Assembly: GCF_006345805.1 (NCBI RefSeq)
Contig: NC_043021.1
Span: forward strand, 17,980,001 to 18,044,000
Direction of reading: 5' to 3'
Length of the DNA: 64,000 bases
Source of the DNA: Octopus sinensis
Taxonomy: Eukaryota
Part shown: one piece after another, positions 23,683-36,711 of the stretch
Position numbering within the stretch: the stretch's first letter is position 1
Layout: the number at the start of each line of letters is the position of its first letter
The notes under the pieces: generated by a model
Databases searched by the model: none
The model's input: the letters and a program-made list of their open reading frames with translations, nothing else
Told to the model about the DNA's origin: nothing
Translations under genes and position numbers: made by a program

Positions 23683-24120
23683 GATGGATTAGCGAAATCA
23701 CGAGAATGTCAGACAAAATGGCCTGGCAGTATTGTTTTTGAGCCTACATTCTGAGTTCAAATCCTGCCAGGGTCAACCTTCATCCTTTCTGTGCTGATGA
23801 AATATAATATCTGTCAAGTACTGGAGTAGATTTAATCGATTAATCCACCAAATTTAGGTCTCCCAGGTTCTCTGTGTATGTTGGAAACAGCTATTATAGG
23901 GTGGTAATGTGTTAGCTTTGTTAGAATATCAAATAAAATACCTTATAGTATGTAGTTATGGTGTTTTATAGTCCAAGTTCAAATACCACTAGGTCAAATT
24001 TGCCTTTCATCCTTTTGGAGTCTATAAAATAAAGTACCAGTTAAGTACCAGGATTAATGTATTTATTTATTCTCCTATCCCCAAATTTGAGGCCTTGTAT
24101 CTATTTTAAAAAAACTATAA
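23683..24120 (+). mobile_element. Two tandem degenerate SINE-C copies
   Basis: ttctgagttcaaatcctgcc..ttcatcctt and gttcaaatacc..tttgcctttcatcctttt..aaagtaccag. Confidence 0.6.
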
Positions 24121-24929
24121 TTATTGTTATTTTCTTCATTAGGTCACTTGTACTAAAGGAGTTTGGGTGGTTCCTAAAGGTCCTGAACAATGTCGAAATC
24201 TCACAACTGTAGAGCAAGGCAGGACTAGAGACCTAAAGACCTGAACCTTTGTCCTCCTGTTCAGATATCAGCAGTGCCAAACATCCTTGTTCAATGAGTT
24301 CACAATTGCACCAGTCCATCTCGGTCTTTTTTAGGACTTCAGACTCACAGCTTATGTGACTGAATTTTGCTGCTTGAGAACTCTGACAACAACTCTGACA
24401 TTCTCCCCCAGAACAGAGACAGACAAAGTAGAGTCCTCCAAGAAGCTAATGAAAGACTTGACTTTTGTCTTGGCCCAAAAGACTTTAAGACTGAGTGGTG
24501 TCATTTCCTCATTCAGTTAAAAGAGAGCACTTCTTAAGATGGCTCATGTTGGTCAACCACATGCCACATGGTCACAGCAGATAAGGACGTATCTTGTGGA
24601 GATGGGGACTGACTGGGACCCTGCTCAGTGGGTTGCTCAGGGTGACCTGAGAATATACTGACAAATGAAGAATGCAGCAATGCGCTGCTACAGCACAAGC
24701 CCCCACATCTGACCTGACCTTTATTAGGTTGTTGAGCTGACAGAACAACTTTATAGTATTGTTTCATTTCTCCCTATTTTAAGTTTGATCCTGTCTTTGC
24801 CAATTTTATTGTTTTTCTCTTAGGGTTGATGGAATAAATACCAAGTCTGTAATTGGGTTCATTAAATTGATCATATTTATCCCTCAAATATGTGTAGTCT
24901 GTGTAAAAATCATGATTATAAGTACCTTG

Positions 24930-25140
24930 TTGCTAAAGCCAGATCCTATCTATATGTGGTACTTTGTGTTGGTCTATAGCATCCAACTGATAATCCAGGC
25001 ATGGCCATCCCATTTACTTTTCCGGCATATTATATCCAGGAATAAATTGTCCTGTATTGATTTTTAGACTGATAAGATGAAGTTTGAAGATTTGGCTGTT
25101 ACATTGGTAAGGTCAAGCAACTTACATAGAGATTCTCTTG
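24930..25140 (-). repeat. Repeat family E copy
   Basis: tccaggcatggccatccc..tttgaagatttggctgtt..ggtcaagcaac. Confidence 0.5.
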
Positions 25141-25661
25141 TTGCTGTGATGGATGGTTATTTCTATTGCTGTCCACTGAACTCTACAAGGGGCTGTGATA
25201 TGTGGTTGCTGAAGTTTTCACAACAGCAACAAAAGAGGTTGAAAAATTATGCTTTGTTTTCTAAATTTTAAAAATTCTTTTAGTCAGTAGGGAAGGTCGA
25301 GCCATATGACCCTTCATAAAACCCCCAAAACTAGAGGGAGAGAGGTAGTGGAGTATCCTCAATCTGGAGACCTGATTTGAATGCTTGTAACAGGAGTCGA
25401 CTTTGCTAAAGGCTTGTAAAGGTGCTGGGGGTGTTAAACTGGGTGGAGGGGTTAAATCTATCACCCAACGGACCACACTGGGACTAGAACTCAGAATGTA
25501 AAGAACCAGGACAAAAGCCACAAAGGATCCAATCTGATGTTCTTTATTTATCAAGCTCTGAAAGGATGGAAGGCAAAGTCAACTTCAACAGGACTTGAAT
25601 GCAGAACACCAAATATTGGAACAAATCCCATGAGGTTTTCTGTTCAATGCTCCAATTTACC

Positions 25662-25875
25662 TATTTCTTTATTACCCACAAGGGGTTAAACACAGAGGGG
25701 ACAAACATAGGTATTAAGTCGATTACATCGACCCCAGTGCGTAACTGGTACTTAATTTATCAACCCCGAAAGGATGAAAGGCAAAGTCGACCTCGGCGGA
25801 ATTTGAACTCACAACGTAACGCAGACGAAATACCGCTAAGCATTTCGCCCGGCGTGCTAACGTTTCTGCCAGCTC
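25662..25875 (-). mobile_element. SINE-C (C1 tail)
   Basis: Reverse complement of 21991-22207; flanking direct repeat gctccaatttacc (25649-25661 and 25872-25884). Confidence 0.9.
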
Positions 25876-25899
25876 CAATTTACCACCTTGTGATAGTAA

Positions 25900-26325
25900 T
25901 TCGCTCACTCGCTCTTGCTTGATGGGGCTGGGGTCATCCCAGATTAGTAGAGCTGACTAGGTCCACCAGTGTCCCCCCCCCCATAGCTAGTGGTCTTTTG
26001 CCAGACCCTTTGCATTCTTTTTGGTCGGGGGCATGCAGGGGCCCAGCCTGATGTTGGGCTGTCCAGTTTCTTCTGGTTGGTGTTGTAATAGGTTGAAGGT
26101 TCTTTTGGGCAGGTTGTTGGCTCTCTGCAGAATAGTTAGAATAGTGGAGCTGCCATCTAGGTGGTGAGCCGACATGCTGTAGATCACCATTAGTCTGGAA
26201 CTTTCCTGGGAGACTGGCCCACCTAGAATGGCCCTACCAGGAGCAATGCTCCAGATGGTAACATTCTCCCTGATCTACAGAGCATACAAACCCCCTCACC
26301 ACAACAAGGCCAAACTCAGGAGGAG
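25900..26325 (-). mobile_element. Probable 5' leader/UTR of an RTE-clade LINE
   Basis: Minus strand CCTTGTTGTGGTGAGGGGGTTTGTATGCTC..GGAGCATTGCTCCTGGTAGGGCC..CCAGACTAA resembles RTE/Expander 5' ends as I recall them. Confidence 0.55.
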
Positions 26326-26614
26326 GTGTTATAGTAATTAAAAAGCTAAAGAATGGTTGTTAATATAAATGTCAAACTGATTACATCTAATCTCATAAGG
26401 GACAGAATTTTACTGATTGAAAAGGTCATTGACTCAAAATGTTTTTTCTAAGTCATAAAATACAAAATTGACTAAAATCCAATAGAGTAGATACATAAAT
26501 ATTTTTCAATGGAGACAAGCCAAATATTTGAAATAATTTCAAGGATGTACTTATTAAACCAGGGACTGAACAGCAATAGTATTAAAGCAATTACCTCCCA
26601 AACCAAAGATGAGT

Positions 26615-27040
26615 CTCTGTGTAATTAGTCAACCTGCTTGAAATATTAGCTGAATCACTTTCAAATTACACTCTAATGTAATAACACTTTTGCATTTAAA
26701 TCATCTGTGTATGGTCCAAATATTCTACCTGTTTTATTTTGTTCAAACCAGCCAGATCTGGTCTCTGACACCTACCCTACAATGTCACTGAAAAATAAAA
26801 TAACCACAACATTGAAATTATGAAGCTATGAGATAATGCATGATAAATTCGAAACTGTGTGAATGAATAAGCATTACGTTTGACAGAGTAATCTAAATGT
26901 TGAAAGGTGAAAGCAAAGAGATACATGCATTCAAAATAATGTTATCTTGGGTACATTATATCAAATAACTGATTTTAATGGCTTGAACACTTTTGATCAT
27001 AGGTTTATGCAACAAGCGTGACCTAGGGTTAAAAAACAAT
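26615..27040 (+). repeat. Family E copy with nested degenerate MITE-G (26682-26910)
   Basis: E halves flank tttgcatttaaa..ccagatctggtctc..taagcattac..aaaggtgaa. Confidence 0.6.
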
Positions 27041-27124
27041 ATATACCCTTTTAGTTTTTTTCTGTCCAAAGGTGTGCAAATGGATCACTGTAGATAGGAT
27101 TAAGCATCTTTTCTCTTAATCATT

Positions 27125-27335
27125 TTGTTGTTGTTTAATTATAGGTCAGCCCTGTTTTAGCAGACTTTTGATCAAAGGCTTTCCAGATGTGACCACACCG
27201 TTTTGTTTTCAGGAATAGGGTATCTATGACTGTTTAAATGGGAGCTTTTTTTTATTTAGATAGTAAGGTGTGATTTGAGGGGATTTGATTGCTGTATCTA
27301 ACAGGTCACATGATCACTTACAGGCTTCCCCAGTT
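27125..27335 (-). repeat. Repeat family E copy
   Basis: ttgttgttgtttaa..ggtcagccctg..gatcaaaggctttccag..gtgtgatttgaggggatttg. Confidence 0.7.
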
Positions 27336-28154
27336 TATCATGTTGTTTGAGATGGGACAGTGCCCCATACACTAAAGGTTCTCCAAACTGATGAGGTTGA
27401 CTGTTCTGCAAGTTGATGCTTTTAGAAATAAATATGGACAAGAAGGGAGTTCTAGAAGGTTGCAGTTCCATGGAAGAAGGATTAGTTGAGGTATATAGTG
27501 TTGAATCTGGTATCTGAGACACATTTGGGATGATAAGGGCTTATGTTCTGCTGCTGTTTAGTTTGCTAGTTCAGATAAACAGAAACTGTTGTAGTGGGAG
27601 TAGATGAAACAAAGGAAGGATACAGCATGTTGGTTACCTACTGATTATTGTGTCATGCTGTCAGTCTGCTATTCCCCTGTTTAGGATTTGGCCTAGAATG
27701 TTTGTATTTAGAAACATTAATCCCTTTGTCTTTGGTGTTTGAATAGTACTCTAATGTAAGTCACACTTGCACTTTGTAGAGGATTAAAAACTACTCACAG
27801 CAGAAGGATTTTCTATCTCTCTGGCAAAGAAGCATAATTTTGGGTTGCAGTTTTGGCTATTAGTGATACGTAATTCATCCTATTGCTCTGAGTGAACTCA
27901 TTAGGGCTCCATTATATATATAACCTATATGTGGGGTAACAATATTTCTTGTAACTGTCTCCTCTGTAAGCTGTGTGAAAATTTTAACCCAAGACTGCTT
28001 CCTAATGAAACAGTTAAGGACCCTTGCAGCTGCAGCATAGGGCTGTACTTTCTAAATGTGTTATTGGTAGCAAGATATGAACCTTTGACACTTGGTGTGT
28101 TTGGCTGGTATACTATTGGTTCAACCAGATGTGACTGTCATAATATTGCTACCT

Positions 28155-28759
28155 TACAAGAAATCGAAGAGGTGAAGGATTACATCTACTTGGGGCACAC
28201 AGTGAATATTTGCTGAGATATGGATGTTGAAATCTCAAAGAGAATAAGAGTTGGGTGGAAGGCATTTAACTCAATAAAAGGATGAGCTCAAAACAAAGGC
28301 TAGACAATGCCTTACATGCCAGACTCTTCAGTAGCACTGTCCTACCTGTGCTCTTATATGCAGGTGAGATGTGGGTCATTGCGACTAGGATAGAACATCG
28401 GCTGGCCACAACGCAAAGGGCCATTGAAAGATCAATGCTAGGAATATAATTAAGAGAGTACATTCAAAATGAGATAATTCGAGAATGGAGCAGAGTGAAT
28501 AATGTGATCGCAAGTTCCACTGAGTTGGACATGTCATAAGGTTCATGGACAACAGGTGGAGCCATGCAGTTGCTGAGTGGTATCTAAGAGATTAAGCAAG
28601 ACCACTCAGAAGGCCTCTATGATGATGGGAAAACGATTTGATTAAGCAATTTGGGTCAAGCTGGAAAAGAAGGGGCAACCAAGACAGAATTAGAAGCGCA
28701 TTGTGACCAGTGGTGTATAACAGCATCTGATTGTCTGGTTGATACTGTGACACTGTGAT
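28155..28759 (+). pseudogene. 5'-truncated RTE LINE (decayed RT C-terminus plus 3' tail)
   Basis: EIEEVKDYIYLGH..EISKRIRVGWKAF..LFSSTVLPVLLYAGEMW..TQRAIERSMLGI..DNRWSHAVAEWY, with stops and frameshifts. Confidence 0.85.
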
Positions 28760-31700
28760 ATAGAAATGCAGTCTTTGGATTGTGGGCTTAAGATTTACAG
28801 TGTTGAGTTTATGGAGATGTACTTGCATAGCAAGTGACTTGATCTGAGATTGTGTGCTGAAACAAACACAGTTGCAGCATGGAAGGTGTTTATAAGCCAT
28901 TTAAAAAATGTACATAAAAAAACCCATTAGACTCACTTCAGCATTTAAATTTAATTTGTGTCAAAATATTTTCGTTGCTTTGAAACCGCGACCTGTTCAC
29001 TGACAAAACTTTGCATTGAGTTTATAGAAGCATTATTGACCATTTTTATGTCTGTGTTGTAATGTAATTTCATATGAAAGATTCCATTAAAATTTTCATT
29101 GGTAATGATATGTGGTACAGATAATTCTATTTGACATTATTTCTGTTCTCATGGGTACTGTCAATGAGTTTTTTTCAAGTTTAAGCACGGCTATATTAGT
29201 TAACAGTTATTTATGAAAGAAAATATTGATGGTATGAACTTGGTCTGGAGTCGCAACGGTTTTGAATATAGCATGAAATTATCATAACTGCTGTAAATGG
29301 AAGGTAGAATAGCACAATGAGATAAGGCCTGCACTATTGTGCAAGATGATCTAGCTTAGAATTTGAGGAAATGGAATAAGGTTAGTAGAATGTTATAGCT
29401 TGAGTGAGCATTATATATAAAAAAAAAAAAGTTGGGGGGAAGAAAGAAATTCAAGAGTTGAATTTCAGATAATAATCATTATAGAACCATATGGAGAGAA
29501 AAGCTGTATGTTGATAAGATGATGAAGGAAATATCACAAGAAGCTGAGAGGTGTGGCTGAGAAATGAGAAAGTGTAGAGTGTATTATAAGTGTATTTATC
29601 AAAACAGTAATTGAAGTGAGAATTCTTGTGTTTGAAATGGTGTCATTACTACTTTTATGTAGCAGTGGGAGGAAGAGGAGGAGGGGGAAGGAAAGAAAGA
29701 AAGAAAGTGAAATCCTTGTAGTATTTAACAAACACCAATCCTTTTGAATAATGTTTTTAGATTTCAGTGTTTCTCTGCAATTATAATTATAGTTGAATGT
29801 AGTGATATGATATGATGGCCTTGTCAACTATAGCAAATGTGATACACTGACGGAGAGAGACAAACAGTTATTAATTTCCTTGTTGAATGAGGTATAATCA
29901 CATACAATCATTTGGTTGTGTTCAATCTTTGTTTTCGGCTTTAAACAAAACATTAAAGTGATAAATGTGGCCATAACACTTCAAATGTTCATATTATCAT
30001 GTATTGTTTGATTTCAGATAATAATAATAACAGACAACAATGAACCATATATAGCAACACATTAAGTCGACTGATTTGATTGAGAGGAATAAATTACATT
30101 TCTTCTTTTTTTTTTTTATCATCATTGCTTGACTAAGCAAAAAGATCATTTGAGATCAGATTTTTTCCACCAATTCCTGTCTGCATGTAAGACAGTCTTT
30201 TGTTAATTTAGTGGTTTTAGAAACAGTTCAGTTAATTTGGATATTGCTTGAAAATACACTTTATTAGTCAAGCAGAATTATTATCATTATTAATTATTTC
30301 GATAAAGATAGGTTCTATTGTATTGTGAAGAGTAAGCTAATCCCCACTCTTCTAACAGTTGTAGTCAATTATAGACATAATCTAATTTAATATGAAGCAG
30401 ACAGTAACGTGTACATAGAAAGAAGAAGTGACTAGGTTATCATCAAATGTCTGTACATGTTTCAGTGTGTTTATCTATTCTTTTGAATATTTACCTTTTG
30501 AGGCTACAATCCCACTGAAATTTTATTTAATTTCTGATTTGTATTTAATTATTGTTTTTTTTTTTACTTTTTATATTGTACATAAAGGGAGTCATCTTGA
30601 AAAGATTCAGCTATCAGATGATTAATTACAAACTGAATAAAGGGCAAACGATGATTTCAAATTATACTCCCACATTGTTCCTGCTATATAGTATTTTCAC
30701 TTACAAATTCCAATCACCTTCACTTACCATAAATATTTAAATCTAGGCTTGCTGATTTAGTCAGCTTTTAGAAAAACCACAGATACACTACTTCTTTGAT
30801 GCCTCTTCCTCCTCCTCCTCTTCCCCCCTGCCTCCATTCTCTTTGTGACTGTCAGTTAATTATGGAAACTTTAGTTCTGTTGTGAAAGCTGATTGGTGTT
30901 TTCTTTTCAAACATGGATTGACATTACTGATTTTTCCCTAAACTTCTAACGTGGAAGGTATTAGAAATTAGAACTCTTGAAATGTTGAACAAACTAGCAT
31001 CAAAGAATAGAAATATATTATAAATCTGTATGTGGTGATGATGATGATGATGATGGCATTACGACGACGAAACGTTTGTAATAACTCAGATTCCATTGCC
31101 TTAACCATAGTCAGGCAGGTCACCATCTGGCAGCAAATAATGGCAAATCTCAACCCACAAAGGGTTCCTTATTTGTTCTTTACAATCCACAGCTGCTGAT
31201 GAATGGAAGTTCTACTGCTGCATCTGGAAGTGGGCGGGGTGGGATGCAGAAAGAACTTTGGACCTATCATAATATTAAAAAATGTGATGTTTGTAACACA
31301 AATATTAAATAAATTACATATATAGCAAGCATCTTTTTAATTGCGTGTACACAAACGAACACGTCTATAATGAGACACCCGTTTGGATATAACCAAGGGA
31401 AGGCAGTATAGATTATCACTAGGAGGAAGAGCAGGTGATTAGAGAGAGAGGAATGAAGAGGAGGAGGTTGGGACCTGCAGCAAGCAATGTCGTGTGAATG
31501 AGGTGGGTTGGTGAGGGAAAACTGCAGAAGTATTCCTAGGGAACAGCTACTGTTCTGTTACATGATACCACCTCATCTTAAAAATTGCTAATTAAACTAG
31601 CTTTTATTTGTTTGTTTGTCATTCTAATGCTTTATCAACATCTTTAAGAATCTCAACCAGCTTCTTTACATAACACTTGCGTTTGTTTACCCTTAACCTT

Positions 31701-32043
31701 AGATAAATGTAAAATTTTGAAATATTTGTTGATTGAGAATTCCAAACAAAAATAACATACATTCATACATATATACTTCTGTGTTCACACACACACACAC
31801 ACAGAGTATGTATCTCATACTACACCATTTTTTAATGCCACTTTATCTCAACAGATTTATTGGGGTGGGGTTCTTTGGTAATAGAATGTACCAATACTAC
31901 AATATTCTAACATGTATAATAGTATACAATATTTTAGTGTATATAATGTCTCGCGTGATATTTTACACATTAGAGAAGGTTTATATGAGCTTTGCAGTTC
32001 TACAAGATATTAAATTGTACACACAGACAGACTCACACACATA

Positions 32044-32744
32044 CAGGTTGCCGTTGACTTACAGCCTATCTAACTTATGACCAATCGACTTTACGATGAT
32101 TGGCACTCCAGCTCCAAGGCAGCAATAAAAAATAGTCCAGTTGAAATCTAATAGATTTAGTTTCTTTGAATTTAACCCATCTATGGATGATGTCAGCTAA
32201 CAAATGCTTCCCCTAGGTTTGGTTATTGATCACCACTGTTAGCTGCCTTGACTGGCTTCCGTGCCGGTGGCACGTAAAAAGCACCAATCCGATCGTGGCC
32301 GTTGCCAGCCTCGCCTGGCATGTAAAAAGCACCCACTACACTCACAGAGTGGTTGGCGTTAGGAAGGGCATCCAGCTGTAGAAACACTGCCAGATCAGAC
32401 TGGAGCCTGGTGCAGCCTTCTGGCTTCTCAGATCCCCGGTCGAACCGTCCAACCCATGCTAGCATGGAGAACGGACGTTAAACGATGATGATGATGTGTT
32501 GGATGATTGTCCTGTTGTGGAGACATCGAGGCAATTTCGTATTTGCTTATAAGACGATTGCTTGAGACTCCAAAATTTTTGACTAACACCAGTGTAATAG
32601 TATAATACAGAATGCTGTGTGTGACTTTTACCTTTGAATATACCTTAAAGATGTAAAAATATAAAACAAAGCTATGTAAGCCCACAGGCCAACTTATGAC
32701 CAGTCAGTTGGAACCAACTATGGTAGTAAGTCAACAACAACCTG
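32044..32744. mobile_element. Tigger/pogo-like MITE interrupted by SINE-B
   Basis: TA|caggttgccgttgacttac ... gtaagtcaacaacaacctg|TA; subterminal aacttatgacca repeats. Confidence 0.72.
32224..32495 (+). mobile_element. SINE-B
   Basis: Closely matches about 56365-56613. Confidence 0.9.
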
Positions 32745-32759
32745 TATTGTGTAACTAAA

Positions 32760-33850
32760 AAGCTTGGCTTAGCTGTGTGACTGAGAAGTTTGCTTCCTGA
32801 CACTGTGGTTTTCAGGTTCAGTTCTTCTGTGCAGCATCTTGCATAAATGTCTTTTACTGTAGTTGATTCAACTTGCCTCAGTACATACCTGGTGCTTATT
32901 TCATCAATTGGAGAAAGATAAAATGCAAGGCCAGCTTCAGTAGGATTTGAACATAAAATGTTACAAGGCATTATCATTTAACATCCATCTTCTGTGCTGG
33001 CACAGGATGGACTGTCTGGCAAGATCTGATGCATTGGAGGAATGCATCATGCTCCAGTACCTGTTTTGACATGACTTCTACAGCTGGATGCCCTTCCTTA
33101 TGCCAGCCACTTTACAGAGTGTACTAGGTGCTTTTCTTGTTGACTATCACTAATAAAGACTAGTTTATACCATCAACCTTAAGATTTGGCTGGTACTTTA
33201 TTTCATTAACCTTTAAAGGATGAAAGGTGAAGTTGACCTCGGCAGGAATTAAACTCAGAATGTAAAGAATTAGGATAAATACTTCAGGGTATTTTGTCCA
33301 GGACTGTAATGATTCTGCCATTCCACTGTTAATGATGATAATTCTAATTTTGGCATAAGGTAGGGACTTTTGAGGGGAATGGTATAATTGATCCCCCACT
33401 ACTTATTTTAGTTAAGCCTGGTATTTATTCAAGCAGCCTCTTTTGCTGGACTGCTAAGTTATGGGGATGTAAACACACCAACACTTGTTGTCTAGCAGTG
33501 GTGGGAGACAAACACAGATGCCAACACACACATGACAGGCTTCTTTTAGTTTGTGTCTACCAAATCCACTCCCAAGGCTTTGGTCAGCCTGAGGCTATAT
33601 TAGAAGATTCTTGCCCTATGTGCCATGCAATAGGAGTGACATGTTAGTGGTTGTGCCAGTTTGTTGCCTATAATAATAATAATAATAACAACAACACAAC
33701 AACAACAACAATGCTTTCTAATTTTGGCACAAGGCCAGCAATTTTATGGAGAAGCAGGATAGTCAATAACATCGATCCCAGTGCTCAACTGGTTCTTAAT
33801 TAATTTGTTGACCCTGAAAGGATGAAAGGCAAAGTTGATCTCAGTGGCAA
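32760..33850. mobile_element. Cluster of degenerate SINEs: A head (+), B (- 32972-33135), C (- 33160-33325), A (- 33421-33640), C2 (- 33715-33850)
   Basis: Diagnostic cores gctggatgcccttcct, aaaggatgaaagg and ctaccaaatccact. Confidence 0.65.
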
Positions 33851-34337
33851 CAATTCTTCCTCACTGCTACTACTACCACTACCACCACCACCACTACTAT
33901 TACTACTAACAATAATAATATTAATAATAATTTCTTCTAACATTGACATAAGCTATGAACTTGTAGAGATGAATATGATTACTTGGCTTGAATGCAGTAA
34001 ATTACTGGTACTTCTCAGTTGCAGAGAAGTTGGTAAAGTGACTGAAATGCTAATGTTAAACTTGACTAATTTGCAGTATATTCTGAGTATGATGATGATG
34101 ATGATTTCTAATTGTGTCACAAGGTCAGACATTTTGTTGCGAGGAGTTTGAAGATGTAGTTGATTTAATCAACCTCATTGCTTGATCAATATTTATCATA
34201 TTGACCTCAGAAAAAAAAATCAATAAAAAAACAGTCAATCTTGGCAAAATTTGAACTCAAGATATAAGGCTGTAACTAAACACCATAAAAAAATTTTCAT
34301 GATTGACTGACTTTTCACCTGTGTATTACTGGTAGTT

Positions 34338-34680
34338 ATTGCTGTTATTTAACACAAGGTCACTGTTAGGATCAAAGGCATTCTGTTCATGATCATCCCA
34401 TCTCTTTTTATAAGTTCAGTGTATTCAGGACTACATTACTCAATGTGTCCAAATTGGTTTGTGTTATTTTTTACTGGTGTTGCTGCTTAACTTCAGGTCA
34501 GTCCTGTTCAAATACGTCTTTGATCAAAAATGTTCAGGCCATCATCATCTTGTCTTTATTGATTTTCAACAATAACATATATTTTTTTGTTTGTTTTTGC
34601 TTTTAAGGAAGTAGGATGTAATTTGGAAGGAGATTCGGTTATTAATTATAGTGAGTCAAGCAACCATATCTCTCTGTTGG
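34338..34680 (-). repeat. Two tandem family E copies
   Basis: gatcaaaggcattc..ggactacattactcaatgtgtcc; caggtcagtcctg..tttgatcaaa..ggagattcggtt. Confidence 0.55.
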
Positions 34681-35405
34681 GGTAAAAGATGAAGTCTATC
34701 CTGGATATTTGAAAATAAATTATAATAAACATGTGTTCAAATCTTGCCTTCTCTTTCTGCCAGTTTACTGCTCCAAGGAACAATTATTGAACTGATACAA
34801 ATCAAAATCAACAATCCTTTGTAGCTAAGCAGATTTGCTTTACACCAGAATGAGTTCAATAGCAATTATATTTAAAATGGCACAGGCATACTCCAATGCT
34901 TAAACCATTTGCTTCAGCACCTTTGGCAACTGTCTTTAACCATATACTTGGTCTGACCCCAAGTAACCATTACATAGACAAAATCTGTAGAGGCTTGTTG
35001 AATGGACTGTAGTTGTAATTTAAAGAGTCAGCTTTGTTGTGTGATTCTCTGCCTAAGGCTTGCATTAAAAGTACAAGTGTCTGCAGAATATTCAGTGATT
35101 TACGATATAATAATTGACTGTGTAGTTAGTTGTGTTGATCAAACTAATGGGAGACTCCTTTATTTTTGTTTATATTTTATATCACATTTTGTGAACAATA
35201 TCATCAGAGTTGCAAGTTCCCAGCAGGCTAATCACTGGTTCGTTGTGTTGACATATTAACTGCCACCTGTACCACTGGTGGTTCACTGCAAACTTCACAC
35301 AACTGCCATATGCACCACCAGTGGTACATTTTCATAATTTGAGAAAATATGTCACTTTGTGTCTTTGACATGGTTTTGAGGATATTTAAATGACATAAGT
35401 TCTAA

Positions 35406-35735
35406 ATCATCATCATCATCGTTTAGCGTCCACTTTCCATGCTAGCATGGGTTGGACGGTTCAACTGAGGTCTGGGAAGTCAGAAGGCTGCACCAGGCCT
35501 AGTCTGATCTGGCAATTTTTTCTACGGCTGGAAGCCCTTCCTAACGCCAACCACTCCGTGAGTGTAGTGGGTGCTTTTTATGTGCCACCGGCACAATTGC
35601 CAGGCGAGGCTGGCAAACGGCCACGATCGGATGGTGCTTTTTACATGCCACCGGCACAGAGGCCAGTGAGGCTGGTAATGGCCACGATTGGATATAGTGC
35701 TTTTTACGTGCCACCGGCATGGTTTTACATGCCAT
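35406..35735 (-). mobile_element. SINE-B
   Basis: (CAT)n start, B core, 3-4 gtgctttttacgtgccacc-type units. Confidence 0.9.
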
Positions 35736-36570
35736 TAAAGTTTAACAATGAAACATTGTAAAAATGCAAAATAAGATACATTTCCATGTAATAAAACTAT
35801 GTAGTGTGACCACATGAAATACATGGCACCATTAATAAGTTCCAGTTACAGGCTGTGGCAATTAATGTATTAAAAAAGACAAGAGTGACAAGGGAGAATT
35901 TGTGAAACTCAGAGAAAAATCACTAAGCATATTTCCCTTCTCAAGTGCTGGATTATCAGTTTTGTTGCTGACATTAACGTAAGATATTCTCACACATGTA
36001 CCCATGTCACAGGCTTCCATATAGTTTCTGCTTGACATTGGTCACTTCAAGTTATGTTTTGCATGATGACACTTTGCCAGAAAAGGATCAAACTTGGTCA
36101 TTTATCCTAACAACCCCATGTCAGAAAAATGCCTTATATTATTTTTTCTGGCTCTTCACATTCTGAGTTCAAGTGATACTGACATCAACTTTACTCTTCA
36201 TCCTCCCAGGGTTGATAGAATAAAGTACTAGTCTACTACTAGGGTTGATGTAATTGACTAGCCTCCTTTCAAAATTGCTGGCCTTGTTCCTAAATTAGAA
36301 ACCATTATGAGGTTGACCAACAGTTTCAGCACTACCATGAAGTGCAAACTTTGGTCTGTACAAGCGAAAAGAGGGCTTGTAGTGATTATACCTACAAAAT
36401 ATTTATATTAACTTATGAGCTGAACTTCAAAAAATTTTGAATAAAATAAAATATATTTTGATTTAAAAAAATATATCTGAGTATCAGTTCTCATATGGTA
36501 TTTTTTCAAATTGAGAAATGTCTCATTTTTGAGAGTTCTATTATGTGTGTGTGTGTGTATATGTGTATAT

Positions 36571-36680
36571 ATCACTGTGATCACTGTGACTGACCAGACT
36601 ATCAGATGTTGCTACACATCGCTGGTCACAATGTGCTTCGCATTGTTTTTTTTAGCCTTCAAATGACACCACCCCACTGT
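36571..36680 (-). mobile_element. 3' fragment of SINE-D2
   Basis: Reverse complement of about 38167-38260. Confidence 0.8.
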
Positions 36681-36711
36681 GTATATATGTATATATATAT
36701 ATATATATATC

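Noticed and set aside
31040-31085. tgatga..cgaaac resembling a hammerhead ribozyme core
   Set aside because: The CUGA C is missing (it is a (TGA)n microsatellite) and stem II does not pair
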